This document shows, piece by piece, positions 1 through 10,168 of a DNA stretch of 64,000 nt. The notes under the pieces are model-generated. The model was not told the DNA's origin. It ran no database searches and saw only the letters and a list, made by a program, of their open reading frames with translations. The stretch covers positions 1 through 64,000 of IMG/VR virus record IMGVR_UViG_3300017971_000278. The stretch is one strand, 5' to 3'. The DNA comes from a virus. Every line of letters begins with the position of its first letter. Position 1 is the stretch's first letter. The position numbers and the translations under genes were made by a program.

Positions 1-1
1 C

Positions 2-3000
2 TATATTATAAAATGCGCTATAAACAGAAACTTCATAGGTAACATTACCGTTATTTTGTATCGGCTGCGCGAAATGAATAGTTCCATTATTATAATCTAC
101 AGAGTATAAGCCATTAATATCTATACCTGGATCTATATTTTTAATTCTGTAACTAACTACATGGGTCACGGGAGTACTATCTAAATAAAAAGTGACTAAT
201 CCTGTAGAGCTTACATTCCATTCTCCATTAGAACCAGGTGTTCCTGTTGATGCTATAGGTGTAAGATCAAATTGACTGGCAGTTGTGGTTGCACTAGTTG
301 TACTTCTTACAGATGCAAAAGTTAAGTTGCCAGTTAGGAATTTATTATTTGTTGGGTCAACTTGTTCTAATTGGAAAGTATATAAATTAGAACCAGCACT
401 TGTAAATGTAATTGATTCACCTGTTATATTAACTATATTAGAAAATTCTGTTTCGCCATCTATAAAATTAACTTCTATTGGTTTTGTGTTAGAAGCGAAC
501 AAACTATCGTCTGGAATAACAGTACCTCTTACAATACTGTGATTGTCCCAATCGTGAGAATTAGCATTACCACTTACGAGTGTCATGCTACGATCATCTG
601 TTCCTGTGCCGCTAGAAAATGCTTTTATTCTTGGCAGCGTAAAAACAACACGTGGATCTAATACAATTTTTTGTGTATCAATTTTACCAGTAACGAGATT
701 TCTATCGAACTCCCAGAATGATTGATCTATAACCTTAAGGTCTCTTTTCTTACAAACAAGAACAGTTCTTCTGTCTGCTGCTGGAGCGATACCCAAATAC
801 ACAGTTCCAGAATCAGGATCAAAAGTATATCTAGATGCTACTTTATCCCAATTAGAATCTCTTAGTTCGGTATCTCCATCTTGGAAAGCAACCTTGGTAG
901 TGAATATACGATCCCCACCTGTAACAACCTCGTTGTCTGAGTCATACTCTACTATATCAAAAGCACCTATACCTTCAACAAATACAGGAGGATACATCCC
1001 TTCTTGTCCGTCGCCAAAGAAAGAACCATGGTATGTAGTCATGTCTTCATTTTTGTGATTTTCTTCAAGAACTAGAGGGATAAATCTATTGCTTATATTG
1101 TTAGTTGGTAAAGGTTTATTAAAGTTTTTAACTAGTTTCTTCTTATTTCTTAAAGAAGCAAAAAGTACACTTTGAGCAGTCTCTTCATATTTTGTAGCTT
1201 TTAGATGTTTTCTAGACTTAGAAAACCTACCAGGTTTTTCGTCCCCAACACCATAAAGAAACGAGCGCACATTGTAGTCTATAGGAACATTGGTTTTCTT
1301 TAAAGTACTGGTTCTAGTAGCACCTAATACTTTAGTAAAAATACGAGGATCAATTATCTTATCAGCAGCTCTATCTTCTCTTTCTCCAATACGTAAATCA
1401 TGCCTAGGATCTACTGGTTCTACATCTGGTTCATCTTTATATTTTTCAGTACCGGGTGGAATCTCCATTTCATAACTAGTAGTCTCTGCATCACTAAGAG
1501 AGTTAAGTGCAACTATACTAACACTTTCTTTTTCGCCGTCAGAAGGAGTAGATAAATTAAGTATATATCCTCTATCTGTTAGTCTAACAAAAGGATTGTC
1601 GCCATCTAAACAAACTTTAATTTTTGACCCACCAACAGGAACATACCCTCTTTGTACACCAGTATCATCTGAATATCCAAATTGTAATTCCATACCTTTT
1701 TTGTTTAAAAAATAAACCTTGCTGTCTGCATTAATAGTACTCCCGCTGTAAGAACCTGGATGATTAGCCGTATCAAATTTAGAACACCATTCTATTTGCT
1801 CACCATTAACAAAAACTCTAATCTTTTCTTCAAGATTAGGAATGTTGGCAAACGGAAGTTTATATCTTAAAGTACCTTCTGGAAGGCTATCAGATTTTCT
1901 TATTCTTTCGCCAGGAGCATCAACAGTAAACTCAATAAAATCTAAATCCATTGGAGTAGATTCACCTTTTACAGCATCTCCATATCTTGGCCTTGGGCAA
2001 CTAAAACTTCCAAAGAAAGGAAAGATAACATTAACTGATTTTCTAATAGGCTGTTCTGTAAGAGATACACTAAACTCTCCACCAGCTGGAGCAGAAGTAA
2101 TATCAGTCTTAGTGAGACGATCTTGTTTTATAACAACGTCCCCTTTAAAAGCTTTCTTGTCTCGTTTCATAGATATCTTATGTCTAAGTGTTTTTACAGC
2201 TTCTTCTGTCTCGACAGAATTTAGAGATATATTATTAAAATTAACTACTTCTGGAACTTCTATACCATCACGTCTTTGTGGTTGTATTGGTAGCCATAGA
2301 GAGCCATCATTATAAGAAATAAAATGTTCTAGATCAGCAAGAGAAGATTCCTCGGTTGGGTTTTCAGATGCCCAAATAGAAACCTTCCTAACTTCTTCTT
2401 CGGAAGTAAAGGGAGTAGAAACAATACTGCCTTCAAGTTGGAACTTACGACCGACAATACTAACATCGCGAAGACCAATGGCATATCGAAGTCTTGGGCC
2501 ATTGTTGGTTTCAATTGTATATGGAGTGTGTTGTTCAAAAACTATATGAATATATTGTGCTTTGCGCGGCAAGAAAGAATAAAAGCCTTGACCAGAAAAC
2601 TTAGATGTTGCTGGAGATAAAGAAAATTCATCATTGTCTTGTTCTGTTACATAATCTTTTATTGGAACCTCATCTTTAATAGAACTATACTCTTTACCAT
2701 TCTTAGATGTTTCAATAGTAGTAATTCTAATAGGGGTAGGTGTACCAAAATTAATTGGGTTAATATTAATATGATTAATAACAGACAATTCTTCAAGTGT
2801 AATAATTATATCTAATACAAGAGGTGTTGAAGACTCTCCACTTAGTACACGCTCATACTCATACCAAGTATTTGGTTCGTTATCACTAATAACTTCTATA
2901 TCTTCATGGCCAAAAACATTAATTTGATAATTACTTCCAGGTTCTCCGTTACTGTTTGCATTGATAGAAATAGTCTTAACTGGAGGGATATCTGGATCGC

Positions 3001-3541
3001 CATCTAACGGGAGTAAAACTACACCCTCATCATTACTAACAAAACATTCTGCTGTGTCAACCAGAGGAGATCCTACCTCTATACGGTCGTTTGTGTTGAA
3101 ACTATCACCAAAAAAATATCCTGCGCCAAGGGATGGGTCTGCATATAACAAATAATCTCCAAGTTTATTAGATACTCTTTTGCTAACTAATAAAGCTTGG
3201 TCGTACTCAGAGATAATAGAATTAAAAGAAGACGATATTATTTTATCCAGTGCATTGATTTCAGAAAACACAGCCTGTGTGTCTTTCAGAATTGACGATG
3301 TAAAGATATTATAAAACGATGGGTCGGCAGCAGCACCAGCATAAATCTCCATTACCGCACTAACAATAGACCTGTCTAATGATTCATAGAATAGATTTAA
3401 AGCCTCATGAAATGAGAATACAATATCAGACTCTAGCACCATTTTACCCGAACTATATAAATCATTTACAGATTCTAATAGTACTTTTAATCGTGCTAGC
3501 GCGATATCACTTGGGGGAGCTGTAAGATGCTTGTTAGTCAT
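2..3541 (-). CDS. Large virion structural (baseplate/tail appendage) protein, 3'-partial, at least 1180 aa; absent from the ORF track
   Basis: Manual translation from ATG at 3541 (MTNKHLTAPPSDIALARLKV...) stays open to the window edge (...YEVSVYSAFYNI). Helical N-terminus, then a discoidin-like segment (ISDNEPNTWYE...LDIIITLEELSVINHINI) and beta-rich segments with YSVDYNNGTIHF / YTFDPDSGTVYL motifs typical of tail/baseplate proteins. Confidence 0.8.
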   Translation of the reverse strand, partial: MTNKHLTAPPSDIALARLKVLLESVNDLYSSGKMVLESDIVFSFHEALNLFYESLDRSIVSAVMEIYAGAAADPSFYNIFTSSILKDTQAVFSEINALDKIISSSFNSIISEYDQALLVSKRVSNKLGDYLLYADPSLGAGYFFGDSFNTNDRIEVGSPLVDTAECFVSNDEGVVLLPLDGDPDIPPVKTISINANSNGEPGSNYQINVFGHEDIEVISDNEPNTWYEYERVLSGESSTPLVLDIIITLEELSVINHININPINFGTPTPIRITTIETSKNGKEYSSIKDEVPIKDYVTEQDNDEFSLSPATSKFSGQGFYSFLPRKAQYIHIVFEQHTPYTIETNNGPRLRYAIGLRDVSIVGRKFQLEGSIVSTPFTSEEEVRKVSIWASENPTEESSLADLEHFISYNDGSLWLPIQPQRRDGIEVPEVVNFNNISLNSVETEEAVKTLRHKISMKRDKKAFKGDVVIKQDRLTKTDITSAPAGGEFSVSLTEQPIRKSVNVIFPFFGSFSCPRPRYGDAVKGESTPMDLDFIEFTVDAPGERIRKSDSLPEGTLRYKLPFANIPNLEEKIRVFVNGEQIEWCSKFDTANHPGSYSGSTINADSKVYFLNKKGMELQFGYSDDTGVQRGYVPVGGSKIKVCLDGDNPFVRLTDRGYILNLSTPSDGEKESVSIVALNSLSDAETTSYEMEIPPGTEKYKDEPDVEPVDPRHDLRIGEREDRAADKIIDPRIFTKVLGATRTSTLKKTNVPIDYNVRSFLYGVGDEKPGRFSKSRKHLKATKYEETAQSVLFASLRNKKKLVKNFNKPLPTNNISNRFIPLVLEENHKNEDMTTYHGSFFGDGQEGMYPPVFVEGIGAFDIVEYDSDNEVVTGGDRIFTTKVAFQDGDTELRDSNWDKVASRYTFDPDSGTVYLGIAPAADRRTVLVCKKRDLKVIDQSFWEFDRNLVTGKIDTQKIVLDPRVVFTLPRIKAFSSGTGTDDRSMTLVSGNANSHDWDNHSIVRGTVIPDDSLFASNTKPIEVNFIDGETEFSNIVNITGESITFTSAGSNLYTFQLEQVDPTNNKFLTGNLTFASVRSTTSATTTASQFDLTPIASTGTPGSNGEWNVSSTGLVTFYLDSTPVTHVVSYRIKNIDPGIDINGLYSVDYNNGTIHFAQPIQNNGNVTYEVSVYSAFYNI

Positions 3542-3549
3542 ATTGCTTC

Positions 3550-5538
3550 CTAATCATAACTGGTTGCCAATACTGCATATTCATACAATTCAGATGATGA
3601 TGACTGAGAGGCTTTGTTTCTGCGCAAAGTAATTTGCAAATATATATCAGATTCTATTGTAACATCTGGGTCTTTGCGCTGGAAATGCACTCGACCATCT
3701 TTATTGAGAAAAGCTGTTTTATCTTTATCTAACCACAATGTTTCTTCTTCGTTTGTGCCTGCTATATTAATATTATAATCACTTGTTCGTGGCGTATAAG
3801 CCACCATATAAACATCATTTAATGCAATGTTTTTAATCTTGATCCACATTTTTGGTGGTGTTAATGTGTATCCAGAAAAACTAGTACCATCAGAAAAAGC
3901 TATCTTCCAATCAAAAGTTACGTTAACACCAGATAACTCAGCAAAAGCATATTCCCAATCTGTACCGACAGTTAAAGCTTCTCCGTTTTTATATACAATT
4001 ATAGGATCGTCTTGGCCAGCAACCCAATCACTTGGAATATAAGGACAAAAACGTAACATAGCAACATCGTTAATAATAGTATCAGTTTCTCGTTTGGTAA
4101 AAATAAGTCTTTCGTTTATTTGAGTAGATTCACCAATCTTTAGAATAGGAAATCTAGTCTCTTTGTATTTAGGAGATTTGTCTATTTTGATTATTTCGTA
4201 TTCTATTGTATTTCTATCTATGTCAGTACTAGAAGATTCATCTGTTCTAATAGCAACCACACCAGGATTAACTACACTAAGCGGTTTTGATACAAAAATA
4301 CCAGTGTCTTGATATATACTATTACCGAACCAAACATTATCAAGCGTGAAAGTATACCTAAAAGCATTGATTTGTTTTGGTACTTTAACAGGAACATTGC
4401 AAAGATCGGCTAATTTCTTAGAAGCAAGTGCATCTCTTGATATAGGAGCTAAAGAATCTTTTCTTCTGAGACGATGAAATTTATTTTCGGCGAGAAAAGC
4501 CTCGTGAACATCTGATTCTTTTTGAATAACATAATCAGATTTATGGTATGTATAAACGGCAAATGTAACCTTGACGGTTTGTACAAAGCTCTGCGTAAAA
4601 TCGATTCTTGTTTTACCATTAACTTCATTAGACGAAGTGTCTAAGCTAATTCTGTTTCCATCTGGTGCAATCCCCTCTATGTCTTCAACAAAGAAAGGTT
4701 CTTGTGTTCCTCCTTCAATAATAATATAACTAACATCTTGTCCACTACCAAGGTCAAACTCCATGACTGTGGTAACTTTAGGAACTATAGAAGCAAGGTA
4801 TACGTTTCTAGACCAAAAAGTTCCGCGTTCACCATCAATAATATTACTAAGCTCATTGTCAATATCAACACTAATTTCTGTATTGTGAGAATTATTATCA
4901 CTGCTTAAAACAACACCAACCGGATACACGACAGGATCGTTATTAACATCAAGTATTAGTTTTTCGCCGCGCTCAGAAACAATAGCAGAGGGAAGTTCAA
5001 CTTCAGTTTGTTTTTTATATGTACGATTATCATAATATAAAGAGTCAGATCCAAATTCAGTTCTAGGAACTTGCAACAAAGAAGAAGAGGTAAAAGAATT
5101 AACTAATACCTGACTAAACTCATTTGCTTGGTTAGCTAACCATTCAAGTCTAAGGATATTATTCTCTTGTTCTTTTAGCCCTCTTTCAAGATCAGCTATC
5201 ATGTTTTTTACAAGAAGTTCATTATGTTCGTCTAGCTTATTACCTATCTCGTCAACTTGAAGGAAAGCAGCCTCTACGTCATTCTTGTAAGATTGCATCA
5301 TTACATTGTGAGCATCAGAAGAACAAAGATTCCACACTAAAGCCCTTATCTGCTCAAACGAAGGTTTTGGGGCAGAATCATTTACAATAACAGAAAGCTC
5401 TTGTAGTTTCTCTCTATACTCTTCAGCATTACGAACAGTACCTTTTGCTTGTAAGTCTTGTAGCAGGTCAGCAATTTGTCTAGCCTGCACAGCAGGCATA
5501 ACTCTTAATATGCTACTTAAGTATTTGCTTGTCCCCAT
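3550..5538 (-). CDS. Virion structural protein with F5/8-type-C (discoidin/galactose-binding)-like domain
   Basis: ORF track 3550..5556; start moved to ATG 5538 (GAGGT upstream). Motif IIDGERGTFW...EFDLGSGQDVSYIII fits the discoidin consensus. Architecture parallels the downstream gene. Confidence 0.65.
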   Translation of the reverse strand: MGTSKYLSSILRVMPAVQARQIADLLQDLQAKGTVRNAEEYREKLQELSVIVNDSAPKPSFEQIRALVWNLCSSDAHNVMMQSYKNDVEAAFLQVDEIGNKLDEHNELLVKNMIADLERGLKEQENNILRLEWLANQANEFSQVLVNSFTSSSLLQVPRTEFGSDSLYYDNRTYKKQTEVELPSAIVSERGEKLILDVNNDPVVYPVGVVLSSDNNSHNTEISVDIDNELSNIIDGERGTFWSRNVYLASIVPKVTTVMEFDLGSGQDVSYIIIEGGTQEPFFVEDIEGIAPDGNRISLDTSSNEVNGKTRIDFTQSFVQTVKVTFAVYTYHKSDYVIQKESDVHEAFLAENKFHRLRRKDSLAPISRDALASKKLADLCNVPVKVPKQINAFRYTFTLDNVWFGNSIYQDTGIFVSKPLSVVNPGVVAIRTDESSSTDIDRNTIEYEIIKIDKSPKYKETRFPILKIGESTQINERLIFTKRETDTIINDVAMLRFCPYIPSDWVAGQDDPIIVYKNGEALTVGTDWEYAFAELSGVNVTFDWKIAFSDGTSFSGYTLTPPKMWIKIKNIALNDVYMVAYTPRTSDYNINIAGTNEEETLWLDKDKTAFLNKDGRVHFQRKDPDVTIESDIYLQITLRRNKASQSSSSELYEYAVLATSYD

Positions 5539-5980
5539 TGAATGCACCTCTTTCACAAAATGTTATACCAGTCTCTCCATTGGCCAGTATATACAACGTG
5601 ATCCAGAGACCAACATGTTCGCTTTTAATAGGCATGGTATCTTTTGTGGATTGATTAGTAAGTTCTATTGATATGATTCCAGTAGAATTAGTAATGATAA
5701 TATTCTTACCAAGGTGTTTGGTATTTACTTTTGCCTGGATAACTCTAGCAGACCTAAAAGATTGTTGTGGGCCAACAGACAATGATGCCATGTATCGATC
5801 ATACTGATGCCATTCTGTATCAGGAATAGACATAACGCCGCATAGAGTTCTTTGAGAAATCTGTACAGAAATAATATCGTCAAGTCTACCTTTGCTCCAA
5901 GATGCTTTCTTTTCTTCTATGTCTAAATCAGAGCCTCGTTCGGTAGTACGATCTTTAAAGAATTTTACCCAAGCTCCCAT
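5513..5980 (-). CDS. Hypothetical protein (155 aa)
   Basis: ORF in operon orientation, closely packed with neighbours. Confidence 0.7.
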   Translation of the reverse strand: MGAWVKFFKDRTTERGSDLDIEEKKASWSKGRLDDIISVQISQRTLCGVMSIPDTEWHQYDRYMASLSVGPQQSFRSARVIQAKVNTKHLGKNIIITNSTGIISIELTNQSTKDTMPIKSEHVGLWITLYILANGETGITFCERGAFNGDKQILK

Positions 5981-5988
5981 GTAACGCC

Positions 5989-6318
5989 TTATACGGTTCC
6001 ACCAACAATAGGAAGGTCACTCATATTACACCTATAGGTAGTTCCAGCATTGCCGCCAGTCCACTCTACAAATGTGTAATTACCACTGACTGTTTCAATT
6101 GTGTCAGCATCTGTATATATCTCAATACTGGCAACAGTTCTATCTGTTCCATGATGAACTTGTGTAGATAACCTACGATAAAATGTTTTTGCATTAACAC
6201 CAGAGGTTAATTGGTTAGTTGTTGGCTCCATAAAAATAGTGTCAACACGTATAATAACGTTGGATGCATTTTTATAAACACGGGTTACATCAGATTCTTC
6301 TACAACAAATACTGACAT
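5989..6318 (-). CDS. Hypothetical protein (109 aa), beta-rich, probably virion-associated
   Basis: ORF with AGGAG upstream, in operon orientation. Confidence 0.7.
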   Translation of the reverse strand: MSVFVVEESDVTRVYKNASNVIIRVDTIFMEPTTNQLTSGVNAKTFYRRLSTQVHHGTDRTVASIEIYTDADTIETVSGNYTFVEWTGGNAGTTYRCNMSDLPIVGGTV

Positions 6319-6329
6319 AAAATCACTCC

Positions 6330-6827
6330 TTATTCAGTGACGAGATCGCCCAAAGCTTCAATTTGCTGGGCTGTAATATCATTAGGCAGATCATCAACTT
6401 TAATCAGATGTACCTCTACCTCAATTGATTCTTTCATAAAGTTTTGAAATTCATTATCTTTATCTTCGCGGGCTTTAATAGCAGCAGCATACACTGGCTC
6501 TTCACGCAGCTCATTAAGTGCTTTAATAAATTCAGCGTTCCTCTCAACAACTTTAAACTGATTGTTTGATGTAATCGGATTGCCATCTTCATCTTTATCT
6601 GCATATTCTTTACACAATTCAACTCTTTCTTCTTCAAATTTTCTGAGATCATCTGACATAGAACTAGCCATATGTGCTTGTTGTGCTTTCTGAATAGCAT
6701 CTTTTTCCACTTCAAGAATACGTTTGTTTTTTGCAATACCATACGCACCCTTGGCACTAGTTTTTACATTTGCCAAAGAATTTAAAGTCGCCCACATTTG
6801 AATTGAATTTTCTCGTGTTAATTCCAT
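6330..6827 (-). CDS. Acidic helical protein, possible tail-fibre assembly chaperone
   Basis: AGGAG RBS; helical/coiled-coil composition; motif LCKEYADKDEDGNP resembles small phage proteins found next to fibre genes. Function is inferred. Confidence 0.55.
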   Translation of the reverse strand: MELTRENSIQMWATLNSLANVKTSAKGAYGIAKNKRILEVEKDAIQKAQQAHMASSMSDDLRKFEEERVELCKEYADKDEDGNPITSNNQFKVVERNAEFIKALNELREEPVYAAAIKAREDKDNEFQNFMKESIEVEVHLIKVDDLPNDITAQQIEALGDLVTE

Positions 6828-6877
6828 TAGTTAACTCCTGTTGTTTGTTTAAAGGGTTATATTCACATCACCAAATA

Positions 6878-6902
6878 TTGCACATTACAGACAAAAGTGC
6901 AA
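6878..6902. promoter_or_regulatory. Inverted repeat TTGCAC-N13-GTGCAA, possible operator or -35 elements
   Basis: Perfect 6-bp inverted repeat in the largest intergenic gap of the window. Confidence 0.3.
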
Positions 6903-6922
6903 GTAAATATTAACCTTATTAT

Positions 6923-6931
6923 ATTTTAGCA
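6923..6931 (-). promoter_or_regulatory. Extended -10-like element TGCTAAAAT
   Basis: Matches TGnTAnAAT; lies in the intergenic region upstream of 6330..6827. Confidence 0.35.
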
Positions 6932-6940
6932 CAACTGGGG

Positions 6941-7024
6941 CTAGTCGGGTTTGGTTGGAAAAACCTCATATGCAGGAGAAGGAGTCGTGCCAGGAGACCT
7001 TTTATTTTTATTACTAACAGCCAT
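6941..7024 (-). CDS. Possible 27-aa small ORF MAVSNKNKRSPGTTPSPAYEVFPTKPD
   Basis: Its ATG overlaps the TAA of 7024..7548 (TAATG), the coupling pattern used by many genes here; TAG stop at 6941-6943. Confidence 0.3.
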   Translation of the reverse strand: MAVSNKNKRSPGTTPSPAYEVFPTKPD

Positions 7025-7548
7025 TATGATGTCGCCGAATATGCAAAAACTATTGCAAATGCTCTGTCACCGGCACTACCTGGAGATGCTGGTATCTTTA
7101 CATCTATTTGTACATGGGCTTCGCCACCGACAGGTATCTGTCCATCAACAGATGGAACACTACCAACGACAATAGAGTCTTTATCTAACGGTATTTGTGA
7201 ATCAACATCACCAAGACCATTTTTAAAATAACTCCAACCGGCAGCAAACTTATTACCTGTTGTCCAAGGGCTATCTGGTGTCATACTCATTTCTACACCA
7301 GCAGATCCTGTATCTCCCCATCCCATAATAGTAGTATAATCATTGTCCTCGTCAACACCAGGATAACTACTGCCAACATATCTAGTTAGGTACACCGTAC
7401 ATGATGTTATAGGATTAACTTCCGCATCATGAGATATAAATATATCTTGGTGGCCAACATAATTACTTGGTGTTACGTCTCCCAGATCAGTTGTGTCTGA
7501 AAGTGAATATCCACCTGATGTCCCTGAAAGTGTTAAATTTATTGTCAT
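7024..7548 (-). CDS. Virion structural protein (beta-sandwich-like, 174 aa)
   Basis: AGGAG RBS; Gly/Ser/Thr/Asp-rich composition typical of virion proteins. Confidence 0.65.
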   Translation of the reverse strand: MTINLTLSGTSGGYSLSDTTDLGDVTPSNYVGHQDIFISHDAEVNPITSCTVYLTRYVGSSYPGVDEDNDYTTIMGWGDTGSAGVEMSMTPDSPWTTGNKFAAGWSYFKNGLGDVDSQIPLDKDSIVVGSVPSVDGQIPVGGEAHVQIDVKIPASPGSAGDRAFAIVFAYSATS

Positions 7549-7581
7549 TATTTTATCTCCTATAAAATATTTTTACAAATA

Positions 7582-10158
7582 CTAGATTGGTGGTGTTACA
7601 TCAACGTTAAATGAAAAGTTAGCTGCATTTCCAAACGGCGAAACCGGTGCGTCTTCACTTAACCCAAGACCACCTTCTATACTATTATAGCCACTATAAC
7701 CATACCACCAGGAATAATATCTATCTTCCATAGTTATTTTTATATAGCATGATTTGTATGCATCAAGCCCAGTGACAGTAAAACTATTATATGCACCATT
7801 GCCATCAGTTAGCAAGTAGTCATTTGCTCTTGTCCATGGACCTGTTTCTGCTGATGCGTGCCATATGTCATAAGTAAATTCAGGACCTTCTTTTTGCCAT
7901 TTCACTACTGTAGACCCAATATCAAATCCAGGTGTCATACTGATAATTCTTGGCTCGTAACCATAGAACCTAATTAAAGGATACACACCATAAGTAATAT
8001 TCTCTGAAACTATTTGTCTAATGTTATCAAGAGTAAAATCATTAAGAATAGTATGTGGTAGTTTAACAACCATTACTGCATTAGATGGATATATTTGTCC
8101 GTTAAAAGATCTTTCACTATCCATCCATTGTATTTCTGGATTAAGAAGCTTAGCTTCTTCATATTTGTCAGGATCAATGCCGCCACCGTCTTCTCTAATA
8201 TCAATTACAGAAAGTTTATTTTTATCATATGGTGGGTTTACAGATAATGCGGCCAAAACAAAATACTGAGAAAATACAGATGGTAATGTAAGCCCAGATC
8301 CAAGAGCGGCAATTTCATCACTAGCAATTCTGTCAGAGTTTGTTGTACGTTCATTAATAAAATTTACCAACTCAACAGTTCTGCCGTCAGCGATATTAAT
8401 CAAACCATTTGTTGGTACTTCTGTAATACTAGATGATAATTCAAACGCAGTGTCTGTTTTGTCAACATACTTAAAGTATCTATAATGACCAGACATATCC
8501 TTAGCTCTGAGCCATCCACTTTTTGGGAATCTATCTGTTGAGGCTACAGTAAACATATGACTAGGTAAAATTTCTACAACAGTAGCTGGCGATTGAGCAC
8601 TTGCAGTGGTGGTATTATCCCATGAATAATGTAGTCCTATTACGCCATTTATAAAATATCCACTGGTACTGCTAATTACTGTATTTTGTGAAAGATTCTC
8701 ATTGCCACTAGAGCTGTCTTGGTTTGTGCTAATTATCTTACCAGAGCGAGCAACTTTAACCCACATAATAGAAGCTGTTTGTGATGTTGAGTTTCCATTT
8801 GCAGAGTTTTTAGGAACAAGATAAATTACATTTGTTTGTTTATGAACGTCCTGATTAAAGATAGGATTCATTGTTAAACCAGTTAGAAGGTAATGGTTTT
8901 CTTTATATGGATAGTCGGCATATATTTTATAAGAGTCTAAGATATCAAAATCTACATTAACAATACCAGAGGCTCTATCAAACCCAAGCAATCCAGAAGT
9001 TGACCACAGAACTTCATCCCCATTTACATCTGTCACTACACTTCCATTAAAATCATAATAATTAGTACCGTTTAAACTAGAATTTGTTGTTATTGCATGC
9101 TGAACAACACCGTCTTTTTCAAATATAATAGATATATAATTAAATGATGTTCCAGTTTGTATTTCTTGATGTGGAAACTTTAACAGTCTATCATCTATTT
9201 TTTCACATTGTACAGCAGCAATAAATTTATATGGTTCAATAGGGGTAAATGCTTGGTTGGTAAACTCTGGCATTTCATATGTGGAGGCGTATCCATTATA
9301 AGTATTTTTAAATTCACCATTAACTACACGTGGGAACCATGGTTGTGTATCAGTATAATCAGTAGGGTGTTTTACAGATATCCTTTGAGACTCAAGATAT
9401 TTAATAGCAAACTTACTAGTAGTAGGGAGTTGCACATTATAGTTTTCAAGATAATATGCATATACCCACGGCTTTAAATCGCCCGGCGTAATGTACCAAA
9501 AATCATCAGACGTTGCTGGCAAATAAGCTTTCTCATTGTTTATAATTTCTGTATATGTAGTTTCTGTACCACTTACAGATGCTGTATATTGAACAAAGTA
9601 AATTGTGTAAGTATCATTTGTTGTATCAAAAACATTAGTAAGAGAATTAAATAAATTATAGTTAGATACTGTACTTGTTGGGCTGCCAGTAGTCTCATCA
9701 TATACATATTCAGGAACAGCTTTCCATTGGTCAGAACCAACCTTATTATAATTAGAATCAAATATTTGTATTGATTCTGGAATAACAGTAGATGGTAAAT
9801 TATGCTTATAGTACAAAGGAAGATATCCAGATTCAGCTTCAACAAATTGTTGTGTAATTAAAAAATTAGAATTAGCAACGTTTACATTCTTAACACTAGT
9901 AGTTGCTATAAATTCTTGTGTTGTACTTGTTCTTGAGTTCGCTGGCAAAGAATCACTGCGATCACCAATAAATAAATTAACTTCTGGAGTTATTTCTTGT
10001 GAACCAACATATGCCAACTTAGTAGCATCTGCTGTTGGTTCTGCCAAGTAAACAATTTTAGCAATACGTTTCTTTACGTTCTGTCTAGTACTAACATTAA
10101 AAGGAGTACCAGTAACACTAGTTAATCTAAAACTAAAATTTGTAGAAATAGTTGTCAT
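7582..10158 (-). CDS. Tail/baseplate structural protein with C-terminal fibronectin-type-III-like domain
   Basis: 858 aa, S/T/N/Y-rich; C-terminal VVKW...YDIW...FTVTGL..YYIKI pattern fits FN3. Confidence 0.65.
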   Translation of the reverse strand: MTTISTNFSFRLTSVTGTPFNVSTRQNVKKRIAKIVYLAEPTADATKLAYVGSQEITPEVNLFIGDRSDSLPANSRTSTTQEFIATTSVKNVNVANSNFLITQQFVEAESGYLPLYYKHNLPSTVIPESIQIFDSNYNKVGSDQWKAVPEYVYDETTGSPTSTVSNYNLFNSLTNVFDTTNDTYTIYFVQYTASVSGTETTYTEIINNEKAYLPATSDDFWYITPGDLKPWVYAYYLENYNVQLPTTSKFAIKYLESQRISVKHPTDYTDTQPWFPRVVNGEFKNTYNGYASTYEMPEFTNQAFTPIEPYKFIAAVQCEKIDDRLLKFPHQEIQTGTSFNYISIIFEKDGVVQHAITTNSSLNGTNYYDFNGSVVTDVNGDEVLWSTSGLLGFDRASGIVNVDFDILDSYKIYADYPYKENHYLLTGLTMNPIFNQDVHKQTNVIYLVPKNSANGNSTSQTASIMWVKVARSGKIISTNQDSSSGNENLSQNTVISSTSGYFINGVIGLHYSWDNTTTASAQSPATVVEILPSHMFTVASTDRFPKSGWLRAKDMSGHYRYFKYVDKTDTAFELSSSITEVPTNGLINIADGRTVELVNFINERTTNSDRIASDEIAALGSGLTLPSVFSQYFVLAALSVNPPYDKNKLSVIDIREDGGGIDPDKYEEAKLLNPEIQWMDSERSFNGQIYPSNAVMVVKLPHTILNDFTLDNIRQIVSENITYGVYPLIRFYGYEPRIISMTPGFDIGSTVVKWQKEGPEFTYDIWHASAETGPWTRANDYLLTDGNGAYNSFTVTGLDAYKSCYIKITMEDRYYSWWYGYSGYNSIEGGLGLSEDAPVSPFGNAANFSFNVDVTPPI

Positions 10159-10168
10159 TTAACAAATC

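Noticed and set aside
2329-2538. Short minus-strand ORFs in alternate frames (also 6434..6757, 9573..9845, 47807..48199, 56630..56890)
   Set aside because: They are nested out of frame inside longer supported genes and have no recognisable features.
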